Source: Campylobacterota bacterium
GTDB lineage: Bacteria; Campylobacterota; Campylobacteria; Campylobacterales; Sulfurimonadaceae
Reading direction: 5' to 3'
Assembly (NCBI GenBank): GCA_034661055.1
Contig: JAYEKO010000026.1
Span: 1-20,772 of the forward strand
Length of the DNA: 20,772 nucleotides
Shown here: positions 1-7,773 of the stretch, one piece after another
How positions within the stretch are numbered: position 1 is the first letter of the stretch
How the letters are laid out: every line of letters starts with the position of its first letter
Translations under genes and position numbers: made by a program
Notes under the pieces: model-generated
The model's database searches: none
What the model was told of the DNA's origin: nothing
Seen by the model: only the letters and a program-made list of their open reading frames with translations

Positions 1-132
1 TATTAAAGAGGCAATAGTTACCATAGTGATGTTAAAAAGTAAAAGTGAGTTAAAAAGAATATATTTTAGTTTGAGCTCATGCTCATCGTTGTCAAAAGTG
101 TACCCACTTGTTAAAATATTTTTAAACTTCAT
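1..132 (-). CDS. 5' part of a membrane protein running off the left edge (possibly a membrane-bound sensor/signalling protein)
   Basis: Manual translation from ATG at 132-130 is open to base 1: MKFKNILTSGYTFDNDEHELKLKYILFNSLLLFNITMVTIASLI. GGGA SD upstream and a hydrophobic TM segment beginning at residue ~24. Not in the supplied ORF track. Confidence 0.7.
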   Translation of the reverse strand, partial: MKFKNILTSGYTFDNDEHELKLKYILFNSLLLFNITMVTIASLI

Positions 133-343
133 TTTTTCCCATAATGATTATTTTATATATTACAACATTAAGTAATTAACTTCATAATATATACTTAATT
201 TTAACATAAGTATTATTTGATAATTCTAAAGAAGAGTATTTACAGCCTTTGAGTAGGTAAATCCAATGAATTAAATCTAAAGCCATGAAGCGTTGTATTG
301 GTTTTTAATAAACCAAATACACGTAATGAGATAGAGGTGCCCT

Positions 344-1132
344 TTATTTTTTTATAATAACTTTTGCATACATTCCCGGAAAGATATTTTTATCTTGTTT
401 GTCAAATTTAACACGCATTTTAATACGGTGTGTCATTGGATTGGCATCAGGAATAATGGCATGAATTAGACCTTTAGTCTTAAAGTTTAGTGCAGAGATA
501 AGAACATCTACTTCATCACCTTCATGTATATAATTTAGTGTGCTTTCAGAAATAGAGACATCAATATCTAAATCTTCTGTATCAAGAAGCATAATGGTCA
601 GCATACCAGGCATTACCATATCTCCAGCTTTAATATTTTTAGCAACAATGACACCGTCAGCTGGTGCTTTCATTTTTAAATAATTATAGACTGATGCCAT
701 CTGTTTGACTTTAATAGCTGCCTCTTTTACCATAACCTGTGCAGATTCAAGCATACTCTGAATATTCTCAGCTTGTGCTTCTAAATCATCAATGTCACCA
801 AACATACTTTTGTTGTCTTTTTGGCCAAGACGCTTGCGTTTTTTATCAAGATTTTCAAGACGTTTTCGCCAAAACTCAACTACAATCTGAGACTGTTCAA
901 GCATTAAATCTGCTTGTGATTTCATAATGTCAAATTCAGCAGATTCCATCTCATATAGGTCATCTTCACGTTTGACCTTATCTCCAAGTTTGACATAAAC
1001 CTCTTTTATGTAACCCATATATCTGCTTCCAATCATTTTTTGACCGTTAGAGATGACGGTTCCTGGAAGTGTCATGTTTTCAGCATAAAGAGGCACTATA
1101 AAAAATGAGAGCATCAATAATTTTTTTAACAA
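344..1132 (-). CDS. RND efflux periplasmic adaptor (membrane fusion protein), copy 2
   Basis: Lipoyl half-motifs (SRYMGYIKEVYVKLGDKVK; KAPADGVIVAKNIKAGDMV) flank an alpha-hairpin. Beta-barrel motifs follow (IIPDANPMTHRIKMRV, IFPGMYAKV). TTG start with AAGGA SD and an N-terminal signal peptide. Confidence 0.9.
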   Translation of the reverse strand: MLKKLLMLSFFIVPLYAENMTLPGTVISNGQKMIGSRYMGYIKEVYVKLGDKVKREDDLYEMESAEFDIMKSQADLMLEQSQIVVEFWRKRLENLDKKRKRLGQKDNKSMFGDIDDLEAQAENIQSMLESAQVMVKEAAIKVKQMASVYNYLKMKAPADGVIVAKNIKAGDMVMPGMLTIMLLDTEDLDIDVSISESTLNYIHEGDEVDVLISALNFKTKGLIHAIIPDANPMTHRIKMRVKFDKQDKNIFPGMYAKVIIKK

Positions 1133-1164
1133 ATTATTTCCTTAAGTTTATTAGAAATCAAATA

Positions 1165-1575
1165 TTACCATTTTCTTAACTGTATATGGCATTTCATGCA
1201 CTCTTTTGTAATTTTTGTATATGCTTGAATAGCTTGTGTGGGATCTCCGTCGGCAAAACGTTCTAAAATATCTTTAGCTTTTTTATTAATTTTCTTTTTA
1301 ACTTTATTGGTCATCTGCACCTTATTGTTTAAATAGCGTGTCATGACATCTTTCTCTTCTACCTCTTCTAATGGAGGTTTAACTCTATCCATTGTTTCTG
1401 AGAGTTTTATTGTTCCCTCTTTAATGATATCATAGTTGTTGTAGAAGAAACCATTTTGAATCTCTTGCATCGCTTCTGCAAGGATTTGCATATCTTTAAT
1501 TCTATCTGCTTGAGTATAACTTCCAGCCATTAAAAAGCTTGTTGTTAGTGCCATTGTAGCAATTAATTTTTTCAT
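1165..1575 (-). CDS. Periplasmic monoheme class II (c'/c556-like four-helix) cytochrome c, paralog 1
   Basis: C-terminal CMKCH heme motif, helical pattern and Sec signal MKKLIATMALTTSFLMA. Start moved from 1611 to ATG 1575, which has a GAGGGA SD. Confidence 0.85.
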   Translation of the reverse strand: MKKLIATMALTTSFLMAGSYTQADRIKDMQILAEAMQEIQNGFFYNNYDIIKEGTIKLSETMDRVKPPLEEVEEKDVMTRYLNNKVQMTNKVKKKINKKAKDILERFADGDPTQAIQAYTKITKECMKCHIQLRKW

Positions 1576-1609
1576 GTTTTCCCTCTTGTTGTTATAGTGA
1601 ATTTTGAGC

Positions 1610-1638
1610 ATTGTAACAGAATTATTTTAATAAATCAA
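1610..1638 (-). promoter_or_regulatory. Putative sigma70 promoter for the cytochrome c-adaptor pair
   Basis: Minus strand reads TTGATT (1638-1633), a 17-nt spacer, then an extended -10 TGtTACAAT (1618-1610). Confidence 0.55.
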
Positions 1639-1761
1639 TAAATAGTATATAAGATTTTTTTATTAAAAATATTAGTGTATAGATTAGTTAAAATTATATC
1701 AAAACTTCGTGATAATATTAAATTTTTTTATAATTTAAGTTTTAAATAAGAATGCTAGGAC

Positions 1762-1767
1762 TATAAT
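1762..1767 (+). promoter_or_regulatory. Putative -10 box for the 11-mer repeat protein gene
   Basis: Perfect TATAAT about 40 nt upstream of ATG 1807, in the divergent AT-rich spacer. Confidence 0.45.
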
Positions 1768-1806
1768 TTTTCTGAAATGAATTCGAAAGAGATGAGGAGA
1801 AATCAT

Positions 1807-2679
1807 ATGAAGAAAATTGTATTGTCGACTGTTATTGCAGCAGCTTTAGTGTCACCATTGAGTGCAGAGTTTAGTTTTGGGGATATGTTTACGGACATGA
1901 AAGACGCTGTCACTGGTGTTAGTAAAGATATGAAAGATACTGCTATTGAGACTGGGCGTAGTGCTGAACGCAGTGTTGGAACAATGAGTAATGATGCACA
2001 AAAAAGTGTAACATCTATTAGTAAAGATGCTAAAGACTCTACTGTTAAAGTATCTGATGATCTTAAAACAAGTCAAGTTGAAACCGTTAAAAGTTCTGAG
2101 AACTCAATTACAAGCTTAAGTCGTGATGCTAGAGATAGCACAGTTGAGATTGTAGAAGATACAAAAGATTCTATTACTAATGTATCACGCGATATGAAAG
2201 ATAGTTCTACAATGGCTACTAAAGATTTTAAAGATAGTGTTGTTGAAGTTTCTGATGATATTAAAGTAAGTACAACAGATGTATCTGATGATATGCGTTC
2301 AAGTACTAACAAAATTTCTGATGATCTTAAAACAAGTACAGTAGATGTATCTGACGATGTACGTTCAAGCACAACAGATATTTCTGATGATGTACGCTCA
2401 AGTACTGAGCAAGTATCTGATGATATTAAAACAAGTACAGTAGATGTGTCTGATGATGTACGTTCAAGTACGCATAAAGTATCTGACGATCTTAAAACAA
2501 GTACAGTAGATGTATCTGATGATGTACGTTCAAGTACAGTAGATGTATCTGATGATGTACGTTCAAGTACTGAATCTGTGTCTGAGGATGCAAATGATGC
2601 AACAAAAGAAGTAACACGTACTATTAGCGATGATGACTATAAAGAGTACTTAGAATTAAAAAAGAAATTCGAAAAGTAA
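1807..2679 (+). CDS. Secreted 11-residue (hendecad) tandem-repeat protein of unknown function
   Basis: GAGGAG SD before ATG 1807 (preferred over 1777). Signal peptide MKKIVLSTVIAAALVSPLSA, then ~22 in-register 11-mers with consensus xVSDD(V/L/I)(R/K)(S/T)STx. Confidence 0.85.
   Translation: MKKIVLSTVIAAALVSPLSAEFSFGDMFTDMKDAVTGVSKDMKDTAIETGRSAERSVGTMSNDAQKSVTSISKDAKDSTVKVSDDLKTSQVETVKSSENSITSLSRDARDSTVEIVEDTKDSITNVSRDMKDSSTMATKDFKDSVVEVSDDIKVSTTDVSDDMRSSTNKISDDLKTSTVDVSDDVRSSTTDISDDVRSSTEQVSDDIKTSTVDVSDDVRSSTHKVSDDLKTSTVDVSDDVRSSTVDVSDDVRSSTESVSEDANDATKEVTRTISDDDYKEYLELKKKFEK
2245..2574 (+). repeat. Coding 33-bp minisatellite (10 well-conserved units; degenerate units extend 1882-2607)
   Basis: Units such as GATGTATCTGATGATGTACGTTCAAGTACAGTA recur head-to-tail with a 33-nt period and no spacers. 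Confidence 0.9.
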
Positions 2680-2694
2680 GCTTTAAAATTTAAT

Positions 2695-2728
2695 AACAAG
2701 CACCTTTTTAGGTGTCTTGTTTCTTTTC
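2695..2728 (+). terminator. Rho-independent terminator after the repeat protein gene
   Basis: AACAAG-CACCT-tttt-AGGTG-t-CTTGTT hairpin followed by a T-rich tract. Confidence 0.7.
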
Positions 2729-2799
2729 ATGTCTATCTTTTTTAAAATGTTTTTTTGTAAAAGTATTTTAAAAGAGATTAATCACACAATCGGAGGTAC

Positions 2800-4887
2800 A
2801 TGATGTTCAAAAGTTTTATTGGGGATAGATTTATACTATCTTTGTTTATAGCAATAATGATGGTATTGCCACTATCGGCAAAACAGTTAGCAGTAATACA
2901 TAAAGTTGATGGCAGTGTTGAAGCCAAGTACAATACATTGGTAGAGAAATCAATTAAGTCTGTTGGCTATAAGCTTTCTGATCCACATAAACGTGTCAAT
3001 GATGGCTATAAAGAGAAATATGGTAGTACAGACTTGGATGTATTGAGTTTTATGTCTATTGCAAATACAAAAGAAGTTAATAAGCTTTTGGCAATTGATC
3101 CACGTCTTGCAGGTTTTGCTCCATTTAATATGTTAATTTATAAAAGACTTAGTGAAAATAGTAGTTATGTAGGACACTTAGTTCCTGAAGTAATGCTTGA
3201 TATTGTTGGTGTCACTGACGCTGATGTTCGTGCCGCGTACATTAAGTCATTTGAACCATTAGATGCATTAATAGAAAAAGAGATTGGTGGTGAAAAATAT
3301 CATCTTGAATATTCAAACTTACCAGAAAAATCTATGATGAACTTTGAGATGGAGTTTGAAAGAGCAGAAGATTTAGAAGACTCTACTGATGAGATTCAAG
3401 AGAAGTTTGAAGAGATTTTTGAAGATAGAGAATATATCATTGCCGGGTATCTTGATTTAAAAGAGGCAGATGAAGATGATGCCTTAAAAGATTTTGATGC
3501 ATTCTGGGTTTATTCTCTCTGTCACTTTAAATTTTCATATACAGTTTTTGATGGAAAAGAGGGCGTTCCCGAAGCAGGACTTTTTGCACCTTGTTCAATG
3601 TACATGTATATTAAGAAGGGTACCAATAAGTTAGTAGTTGGAATGCCTCGTCTTGCAACATGGGCAGCAACACTTAACATTACAAGTAAAGAGAAGTTAG
3701 AGTTAGTAAAACAGCTAGATATTGAAATTCCATCAATAATGAAAGAGTTGGGTGCCGTGGAGACTTCAAGCCAAAATCCTCTTTTAGCTTCAACAGATGC
3801 AAGCAGTACACCGCAAGCCAAAGTTAAAACAACTGACGAGGGTAAGCATGTTGTAGAACTTCCTAAAGCAAAAGTTGATACAACTAAAACAGTTGTTGAG
3901 ATTGTTCAAAATGATGTAACGTATCTCGTTACACTTCCAAAAGTTCCTCGTGTGACTTCAGTGGTTCCAACTCCAGTATTAGTAACCATTGGTTCAGGAT
4001 ATGTTCCACGTGCAGAGGTTAACAGCAAGTATGATAGGAGTATCGGTTTTAGCAAGAGAACACCACCTGTTAAAGTAGAAGCAGTAGCAAAAGACGGCTC
4101 TACATCTGGTGCCGTTGGTGAGGTTAAAAACAACCGTGCAAGTGCGTACTTAAGAGGGCCTTTAATGAGTCCAGAACAGGCTAAAGCGCAACTTGAATCT
4201 GCCGGCTTTAATGTACTCTCAACAACTACAGTAGATAAAAAGGGTGACTTAACTGTTCTTGTATTTACTAATGATGCTTTAGAGAAGATGGCCAATAAAA
4301 AAGAGCGTGGTTTTATGGCATCACTTCGTCTGTTAGTAGATAAAAAAAATAAACAGATTACAATCTCAAATCCAATCTATTTTGCAAAAGCATTTTTACA
4401 AGATGATGTCGATGAAAAAGCTTCTAAAGCAGTTTTAAATGATATTAAAAAAGTGTTTGCAGGGTTAAAAGATTCAACTGATAATTTAAAGCATAATAAA
4501 CTCGCAGGTTACCATTTTATGATGTCAATGCCATATTATGAAGATATGATTGAAGTTGGTAGCGCTGGTAGTTCCAAAGAGCTTTTAAATAGACTCATAG
4601 CTAAAAATGGTGCGAAAAATCTTATTTTTTCTCAACAGCTTTCTGAGGATAGAATTCTTGTCGGTATTAAACTTGATAAGCGTACTAGAAAATTTATTAA
4701 GAAGACAGGATTTGAAAATGCACTGCTTCTGCCGTATCCAGTACTTATAGAAAACGGAGAAGCAAAAATTTTAGATCCAAAATATTACATAGCAATTTCA
4801 TATCCAATGTTGAAGATGTCTCAATTTATGAAAATTGCGACCGTTCCAGGAGCTATTGAAAACGATAGTATTAGACTTTTCAAATAG
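2800..4887 (+). CDS. Secreted multidomain protein with tandem DUF302-like domains, a low-complexity linker and a C-terminal uncharacterised module
   Basis: GGAGG SD and signal peptide ending PLSA. DUF302-like motifs LLAIDPRLAGFAPFNMLIYK and SLCH...EAGLFAPCSMYMY. Pro/Thr/Val/Lys-rich linker at ~aa 320-440. Related motif NALLLPYPVLIENGEAKILDP near the C-terminus. Confidence 0.7.
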   Translation: MMFKSFIGDRFILSLFIAIMMVLPLSAKQLAVIHKVDGSVEAKYNTLVEKSIKSVGYKLSDPHKRVNDGYKEKYGSTDLDVLSFMSIANTKEVNKLLAIDPRLAGFAPFNMLIYKRLSENSSYVGHLVPEVMLDIVGVTDADVRAAYIKSFEPLDALIEKEIGGEKYHLEYSNLPEKSMMNFEMEFERAEDLEDSTDEIQEKFEEIFEDREYIIAGYLDLKEADEDDALKDFDAFWVYSLCHFKFSYTVFDGKEGVPEAGLFAPCSMYMYIKKGTNKLVVGMPRLATWAATLNITSKEKLELVKQLDIEIPSIMKELGAVETSSQNPLLASTDASSTPQAKVKTTDEGKHVVELPKAKVDTTKTVVEIVQNDVTYLVTLPKVPRVTSVVPTPVLVTIGSGYVPRAEVNSKYDRSIGFSKRTPPVKVEAVAKDGSTSGAVGEVKNNRASAYLRGPLMSPEQAKAQLESAGFNVLSTTTVDKKGDLTVLVFTNDALEKMANKKERGFMASLRLLVDKKNKQITISNPIYFAKAFLQDDVDEKASKAVLNDIKKVFAGLKDSTDNLKHNKLAGYHFMMSMPYYEDMIEVGSAGSSKELLNRLIAKNGAKNLIFSQQLSEDRILVGIKLDKRTRKFIKKTGFENALLLPYPVLIENGEAKILDPKYYIAISYPMLKMSQFMKIATVPGAIENDSIRLFK

Positions 4888-4901
4888 AATTGGAGCAGAC
4901 A

Positions 4902-6077
4902 ATGAAAAAAGTTTCTATAATTCTTTCACTTGCTTTAATCTCTGCGCTAAATGCCGCAGAGTTTAAAAGCGTAGAGATGACTAACGATTGGCAAAAAACA
5001 TTTGGAGGTACTAAAAAAGATCGTCCTTATGCTGTTACAGCTACTAGTGATGGCGGTGCTGTAGTTGCAGGGGCTTGTAAATCATTTAGCGAGGGTCGTA
5101 CTGACGCCTGTGCCTTAAAGATGGATGCAAAAGGTAATATTCTCTGGACAAAATCTTATGGCGGTAAAAAACGAGATGCAGCATTATCTGCAGTAGAGAC
5201 TACTGATGGTAATATTGTTCTTGTTGGTAACAGTATGTCTTATAGTGAAGATGGTGATTCTGATATTTTTGTTTTAAAGCTTAATCAAAATGGTCAACTA
5301 CTTTGGAAGAATACCTATGGTGGCATTGAAGATGAATTTGGTAATGGCGTTGATGCCATTGCTAAGGGCGGTGTAATAATTGCTGGATCAACTGAGTCTT
5401 ATGGAAAAGGCAATAAAGATGTCTATTTCTTAAAACTCAATGGAGATGGTAAGGTTCTTGCTGAGAGTGCCATAGGTGGTAGTGGTGATGACTATGCCAA
5501 TGCTATTGCATTAACTAATGACGGTAACTATGTCCTTGGTGGTGCTTCAGAGTCTTATGGTGACAATGGTTTTGATTTTTACTATTTAAAGTTTACACCT
5601 AGTGGTGGAATGCTCTGGGAGAAGACCTATGGTGGTGAACAAGATGATGTTATTCATGATTTAGTCTCTGCTGGTGGTAAAGGTGATTTTGCTTTTGCAG
5701 GAATGACAAAGTCTTATGGCAGTAAACACAAAGATTTAACGGTTTTAAAGATGTATGCTGATGGCAATAACTACTGGCATAAAATCTTTGGTTTTAAAAG
5801 CAAAGAGTATGCTAACTCACTTACACCTACAAAAGATGGAGGTTTTATGGTTGCTGGAACTACAAAATCTTTTGGTTATGGTAAGTACGATTTTTACTGT
5901 GTACGTCTAAACTCTAAGGGTAATCTCATTTGGGCAAATGTCTATGGTGAAAAAGATAAAGATGTAGCTCATGGCGTTACTCAAATTAAAAATGGTGAAT
6001 TTATTGTAGTGGGTCAGACCGACTCTTATGGAAAAGGAAGTGATGACTTCTTTATGATGAACCTGCGAGATAAATAA
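4902..6077 (+). CDS. Secreted 7-bladed beta-propeller protein
   Basis: Seven ~50-aa repeats beginning WxK(T/S)(Y/F)GGxxxD and containing GxTxSYGxGxxDxYxxKL. Signal peptide MKKVSIILSLALISALNA. GGAG SD favours ATG 4902 over TTG 4890. Confidence 0.8.
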   Translation: MKKVSIILSLALISALNAAEFKSVEMTNDWQKTFGGTKKDRPYAVTATSDGGAVVAGACKSFSEGRTDACALKMDAKGNILWTKSYGGKKRDAALSAVETTDGNIVLVGNSMSYSEDGDSDIFVLKLNQNGQLLWKNTYGGIEDEFGNGVDAIAKGGVIIAGSTESYGKGNKDVYFLKLNGDGKVLAESAIGGSGDDYANAIALTNDGNYVLGGASESYGDNGFDFYYLKFTPSGGMLWEKTYGGEQDDVIHDLVSAGGKGDFAFAGMTKSYGSKHKDLTVLKMYADGNNYWHKIFGFKSKEYANSLTPTKDGGFMVAGTTKSFGYGKYDFYCVRLNSKGNLIWANVYGEKDKDVAHGVTQIKNGEFIVVGQTDSYGKGSDDFFMMNLRDK

Positions 6078-6088
6078 ACAACTTTAAA

Positions 6089-6148
6089 AGATTGCTTCGT
6101 GCCTCGCAATGACTAATTTTAGTCATTGCGAGCAAAGCGAAGTAATCT
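6089..6148. repeat. Palindromic REP-like element (GTCATTGCGAG type), copy 1; probable bidirectional terminator
   Basis: Perfect inverted repeat CTCGCAATGACTAA (6103-6116) / TTAGTCATTGCGAG (6119-6132), plus outer arms AGATTGCTTCG / CGAAGTAATCT. Lies between convergent genes. Confidence 0.8.
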
Positions 6149-6209
6149 ACATATAAATAAGGGTACAATTGAATTTAGAGTGTTCATTGTATAACCTTAC
6201 AGCATAAAA

Positions 6210-7589
6210 TTATTTTTTAGTAACTTGATTATCAAAGTCCACCTGATGTGAATCGTATTTGTCTTCTAAATACTCTTTAATCTTTAGTGATGCACTCTCG
6301 TTATAAAAAACATCTAATGCTAAACTCCACACAACACTATCATTTGTTAGAGTTTTATTTTCTAAACACATTTGTGCTGTATCACCTTGAGTAAAATCGA
6401 GATGAGTTTTAGTCTTTTTCTCAAATAGATACTCTAGTGCTTCATAAGAGATTGGTTTTGAACACTTTGTACCCTGTGATACAACAGCTTCTGAATAGCC
6501 AAATCCTTTAGTTGTGTAAGGTGTTTCCTTAATATTATACATTGAAGGCATTACATCTACTGAATCCATTGAATCATATAAATTTTTCGTAGAAGCATAT
6601 TGATCTTCTGCATGAAATGTAAATTTAGTATACGTTACAGAAAAGAAAAAAAGTTCATCATCACCACCGTATCCCATATCCCAGATGTTAGAATTTAATG
6701 CATCCATAAATTCATCTACATCACTTATGCCTAGTCCATCTACAACTGGGGTAGCACTATCTTCTGTATCTTCAATTTCTTCATCAACAGTTGCTTTATG
6801 ACCTTCCGGAAAAGTAATAACCCTAACACAACTGCTATCACCACCAATTTCAGTTGTGAAATCATTAACTATACATTCTGGAGATATGGAGTACTCAGAA
6901 CATGACTTAGATATGTTGGCATAAAAGTTTGTTGTTGAAACACCACCAGCTTCTACAAATGCCTCATAATTAACATAACCCTCATAATCACTTTCAGCTG
7001 CATTTTGTCCATCACATACCGATTTAGTAATACTGTTGTAGATAATTACAAGAGATTGATCTGTAATCTGTTCTTCTACTATCTCAGATGCTTTACTCTC
7101 TTGAAATGTTCCAGCCGCGCCTGTAGTGATGGATGTACCATCTATTTTATAGTCAATATCAATCTTACCAGAGTAAGCAAAGGTACCATTGTCATTTGCG
7201 CCAGCAAGTTTATAGGCAGACTTTTTGTTTATATCAGCAGATAGCATAACCCACTCAAACTTACCATTTTTACCATCACCATCAATATCTACAGGGAACA
7301 TATACCATAGTGGCGTTGGCTTAGTTATATTCGCACTCTTCCATCCAAATGCATTATCATCTGATGGTTCATTCCCTTTGAGTTGATAAGATTTACCACT
7401 ACTCGACATGGTAAAAGCCCAATTAAAAGCACTATCGGCACCTTTAAAGTCATACTCTCCAAATGTTCCCAAAAGCTCATAGTCTGTCTTATTAATTAGT
7501 GCATCTTTTGTTAAATCTTCTATGCTTGTTGCATAACTACATGTAAATCCTACAGCTATAAGTGCTGCTGATAGTACTATTTTAATCAT
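6210..7589 (-). CDS. Secreted acidic modular hypothetical protein
   Basis: 459-aa ORF with signal peptide and AAGGG SD. Trp/Gly-rich N-domain with DIDGDG, Cys-containing central domain, acidic linkers. Confidence 0.8.
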   Translation of the reverse strand: MIKIVLSAALIAVGFTCSYATSIEDLTKDALINKTDYELLGTFGEYDFKGADSAFNWAFTMSSSGKSYQLKGNEPSDDNAFGWKSANITKPTPLWYMFPVDIDGDGKNGKFEWVMLSADINKKSAYKLAGANDNGTFAYSGKIDIDYKIDGTSITTGAAGTFQESKASEIVEEQITDQSLVIIYNSITKSVCDGQNAAESDYEGYVNYEAFVEAGGVSTTNFYANISKSCSEYSISPECIVNDFTTEIGGDSSCVRVITFPEGHKATVDEEIEDTEDSATPVVDGLGISDVDEFMDALNSNIWDMGYGGDDELFFFSVTYTKFTFHAEDQYASTKNLYDSMDSVDVMPSMYNIKETPYTTKGFGYSEAVVSQGTKCSKPISYEALEYLFEKKTKTHLDFTQGDTAQMCLENKTLTNDSVVWSLALDVFYNESASLKIKEYLEDKYDSHQVDFDNQVTKK

Positions 7590-7723
7590 TGCTACCCTTA
7601 AATTGTTCTTATATATTTTAAGTAAATTATATTAATAATTAACTAATGATTGGTAAAAAGTTGATTTATGATGTTAAAAAAGCATTAGAGATCGAAAATA
7701 AGATTTTTAAGTTTTAGAATGGG

Positions 7724-7762
7724 ATATAACTGGTAATGAAACTTATGTCACTACCAGTATAT
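7724..7762 (-). terminator. Hairpin downstream of the FadL-family gene
   Basis: Minus strand ACTGGTAGTGA...TCATTACCAGT stem (one G:U) starting ~12 nt after the stop codon; weak U tail. Confidence 0.55.
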
Positions 7763-7773
7763 AGAGGAATAAT

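Noticed and set aside
2245..2574. 33-bp periodic repeats as a CRISPR array
   Set aside because: The units are head-to-tail with no unique spacers, are in frame within a signal-peptide ORF, vary in a codon-like way, and there are no cas genes.
6160..6195. TACAAT boxes on both strands between convergent genes
   Set aside because: No downstream gene to drive, and such hexamers are expected by chance in AT-rich DNA.
7530..7589. Lipoprotein signal in the 459-aa protein (GFTC)
   Set aside because: Poor lipobox match; SPase I cleavage after SYA is more plausible.
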